From positions 992,001-1,046,115 of the forward strand of contig OY253676.1 in NCBI GenBank assembly GCA_958009085.1: 54,115 nt of DNA, given 5' to 3'. The notes beneath the pieces were generated by a model, which saw nothing but the letters and a program-made list of their open reading frames with translations, was not told the origin of the DNA and searched no databases. Position numbers and translations under genes: made by a program. Shown one piece after another: positions 51,372 through 54,115 of the stretch. Source of the stretch: Protoeuglena noctilucae. Lineage: Eukaryota. The number at the start of each line of letters is the position of its first letter. Positions within the stretch are counted from its first letter, which is position 1.

Positions 51372-52650
51372 CTACGCCGCCAGTCCAATCTCCCTCTGCA
51401 GCTCCTCCAACTCCTTTTCCTCGTCGGTCTGGGCAGCGGGGGGGGCGCGGCCCTGGGGCACCGTGCGGGGGGCCGAGGGCTGCGGGGAGAGAGGGGAGGA
51501 CAGCATGAGTGCCACTGTCTGCAGCAGGGGTAGCAGCGATCGCCAGGCATCCACGCCAAGTCGCTGCCCCCGTGCTGCGCCCCCATGCATCCCCACCAGC
51601 TGCGTGGCGGGCACGGCAGGCGTGTCGAGCATCTTCTCCTCCAGGACCTGGCCCTCGAGTTCGTCGAGCTCCTTCTGAAGATCGGGGTCCTCCACGTCCA
51701 GGCCAGCTGCGAGCCGAAACCATAAGCAACGGTCGCACAGTAAGTCATGTATGCCACACGCGCACACGCACACGCACGCACCGACCCCCCTCCCAACCCC
51801 TCACCGTTCCCAGCGATGGCCTGCACCACCTCCTCGTAGTCTGCCCGGATGTCCTCCATCTCGTCCTGCATCTTGGTCACGTCCTCCACCTTCATGGACT
51901 TGACGGCCCTCTGCGACGACGAACAAGCACTGGTTGCGGTCGACCCTACCCAGCGCAGTGCGTGTCAGTCAGTCAGCTTCTCTGTCCAATACTCCATCCC
52001 TCTCAACAGCCCCTGCCCCACCTTCTGCGCGTCCGTGGCCAGCTTCTGCGCCGACACGACCTCCTGGGTGTGCGACATGCCCTCAAGCTCCTGCTTCTGC
52101 TTCATCATGTTCAAGATGACGTTCTGCATCCTCTCCACCTCCTGCTCGTACATCTTCTTCTGTTGGAGGCACAGCATGGCCGCCTTCTTGTTCCCCTTGG
52201 CCAAATAGGCCTTGGCCTTCTCCTGCTCCTGCTCCTGCTTCTGCGCGCCGCGGCGACGAAGAGAGAAGGATCATCCGCGACGCCGGGGCGGAGCTGCGCG
52301 CGACGCGCCCGCGCGCAGTGTGCTCTGGCCCGCGTCGCGTCGCTCGCCTTCTCCAGAAGCTCCACCCGCTTCTGCGTCAACTCGATGGTCTCGTCCAGCT
52401 TATGGAGAGCCGAGTGCGGGTCCGAACGGGGCCCTGGACCCGACGGCCCGCTCCCTGCAAGCCACGGTCCGCGAGCGGGGCGCGCGTTTAGGGTACCAGC
52501 GCGACCGTGGGCGCCCGGCACGAGCCCGTCACGACGGCCTAGATCCAGAGCTGACCAGTCATCTCCGAGAGACGGCCCCTTGCCCTGCAACGCGAACTCG
52601 CCTCCCGAGGGTGCATCCCCCTTCCCCCTCCCAAAGAGCCTCGCGAACAT
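51372..52650 (-). CDS. SNF7: ESCRT-III subunit Snf7/Vps32 (CHMP4-like)
   Basis: MFARLFG...ALHKLDETIELTQKRVELLEK|K...NKKAAMLCLQQKKMYE...KVEDVTKMQDEMED...DLQKELDELE...DEEKELEELQREI. Confidence 0.9.
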
Positions 52651-53880
52651 GGGCTGCCCGAGACCCGCCCTGTCCTTTGGCGTTCGCTCTTTCGCGACGC
52701 TGAGCTACAGTCGCCGCGTGCGCGGGCAGGAGCTCCCGTTCAGAACCCGCGGGGGTCGCCTGGGGGAAATTGGATGCAAGTGCCACGCGCGCGCTTCTTC
52801 CTTCAAACAATCCGAATGGTGCAAGCGTCGCGAAGGGCCGAAAGGATGACGCGGCCCATTGCGCTCTGTCAGTTTCTGACGCGGGTCAAAAGGGCTGGGG
52901 GGGGTTCAAATGCCGGCATGTGGCGTGGCTTTGGACCAAGCTTTCGTCCAGGGACTCGCCGGTGTGCCTCCTCGGGCGCGCTGGGGCTCCCCACAGCAGG
53001 CGTTGCATCGTCTTGCGTGCTCCCTGCGAGGGCCCACTGCGGGACTTTTGAGTCTTGTGCCCATCTAAGTTACTTCTGTAGGTGACCGTGACGCCGCGTC
53101 AGCCGCAGGCCGGCCCCAAGATACCGACGACCCCTTCTCCCAAACGAGGCGCGTGGATAAATGGCCTATCGACACGCACCGACCACCACGCCTGGCCGGC
53201 AGTGGTGCCTAAAGGTGATCTTCTGACGAGCTACACCTCTTCCTTCGGTATCCACGTGAGCAGGTCGGCCGTTGCAGCGACGTGTGTCCGCCAGCGCTCT
53301 CGAGCGCGCCGGTGCCTGATGTGGGGCCTGTGCATGCTGCGGCCAGCGACGAGCATCCGCGGGGCCTTTCCAGGCCTGGGGCGCGGGCTGGCGGCGACGC
53401 AGAGCTCCTTTGGGCCCGGCAGCGCACCCGTCCAGCAGAGGCGGAGGCGTCCGTCGTGGCGGGGCCTGAGATGGGCTCCACGGCTGCCCTGACGGATTCG
53501 GGCACCGCCGTCAGCTATGGCGGTCGTGTGCCTAGCAGGGAACCTCAGCAGCCGGGGTGAGCTGAAGGCCGCAGCAGCACATAGCAAGCGCCGCTCATGT
53601 GAGAGGGGCGCAGCGGTCGTCACCGCTGCTCACTGGCATAAGTGGTGGCCACCCAGAGAGATGCGTTTGGACGGGCACACTGCGGCATCCCTGGCGACGG
53701 GGTCGGCCCCCGCAGCCAGGTGTGAAGTTGACGCTCACAGGAGCGCGCGCGCTACGCCTGCCACCGTCGTGGCGCGCGCATTCCAGTCGGCGTCAACTTC
53801 ACACCTGGCTGCGGGCTCACAGCCCCGCGGGTGCCGCGCTCGACTGCGGCACCTGCGCAGCCGATGGGAGAGGTCGGAGG

Positions 53881-54115
53881 AGGGTTAGGTAGGGTAGGGT
53901 CAGGTTTAGAGGCAGGTTAGGTAAGGGTTAGGTTAGGGTTAGGGTAGGGTTAGGGTTAGGGTTAGGGTTAGGGTTAGGGTTAGGGTTAGGGTTAGGGTTA
54001 GGGTTAGGGTTAGGGTTAGGGTTAGGGTTAGGGTTAGGGTTAGGGTTAGGGTTAGGGTTAGGGTTAGGGTTAGGGTTAGGGTTAGGGTTAGGGTTAGGGT
54101 AGGGTTAGGGTTAGG
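53881..54115 (+). repeat. Telomere: degenerate proximal repeats (53881-53949), then a (TTAGGG)n tract to the end of the window
   Basis: Direct reading; the G-rich strand runs 5'->3' toward the terminus, as expected for a true chromosome end. Confidence 0.96.

Overview
Eukaryotic, very GC-rich, intron-dense nuclear DNA that ends in a chromosome end, a (TTAGGG)n tract at 53881-54115. It is most likely a flagellated chlorophyte green alga: Ycf54 is nuclear with a transit peptide, TGTAA lies downstream of several stops, and the ciliary genes FOR20 and LRRC6 are present. The standard genetic code fits. About 15 spliced genes were modelled by hand: a partial coiled-coil gene, three SDR/retinol-dehydrogenase-like genes (two in tandem), a large WD40 protein, FOR20/CEP20, a divergent TFIIA-gamma, two more coiled-coil proteins, Ycf54, LRRC6/DNAAF11, a kinase + 2x Mib/HERC2 + RING protein, a CPL4/FCP1-like phosphatase, squalene epoxidase and Snf7/Vps32. 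The main surprises are in intron biology. (1) About 22 frame-consistent GC-AG introns occur among an estimated ~120. (2) In more than 15 introns, the exon end plus splice site is re-copied 1-3 times inside the same intron ('splice-site echoes'). (3) The tandem SDR paralogs show reciprocal intron presence/absence and a GT/GC donor switch. Also present are a tiny poly(A)-tailed, TSD-flanked retro-insertion and an intronic telomeric repeat fused to a perfect hairpin. All gene models and counts are manual, with no RNA evidence.
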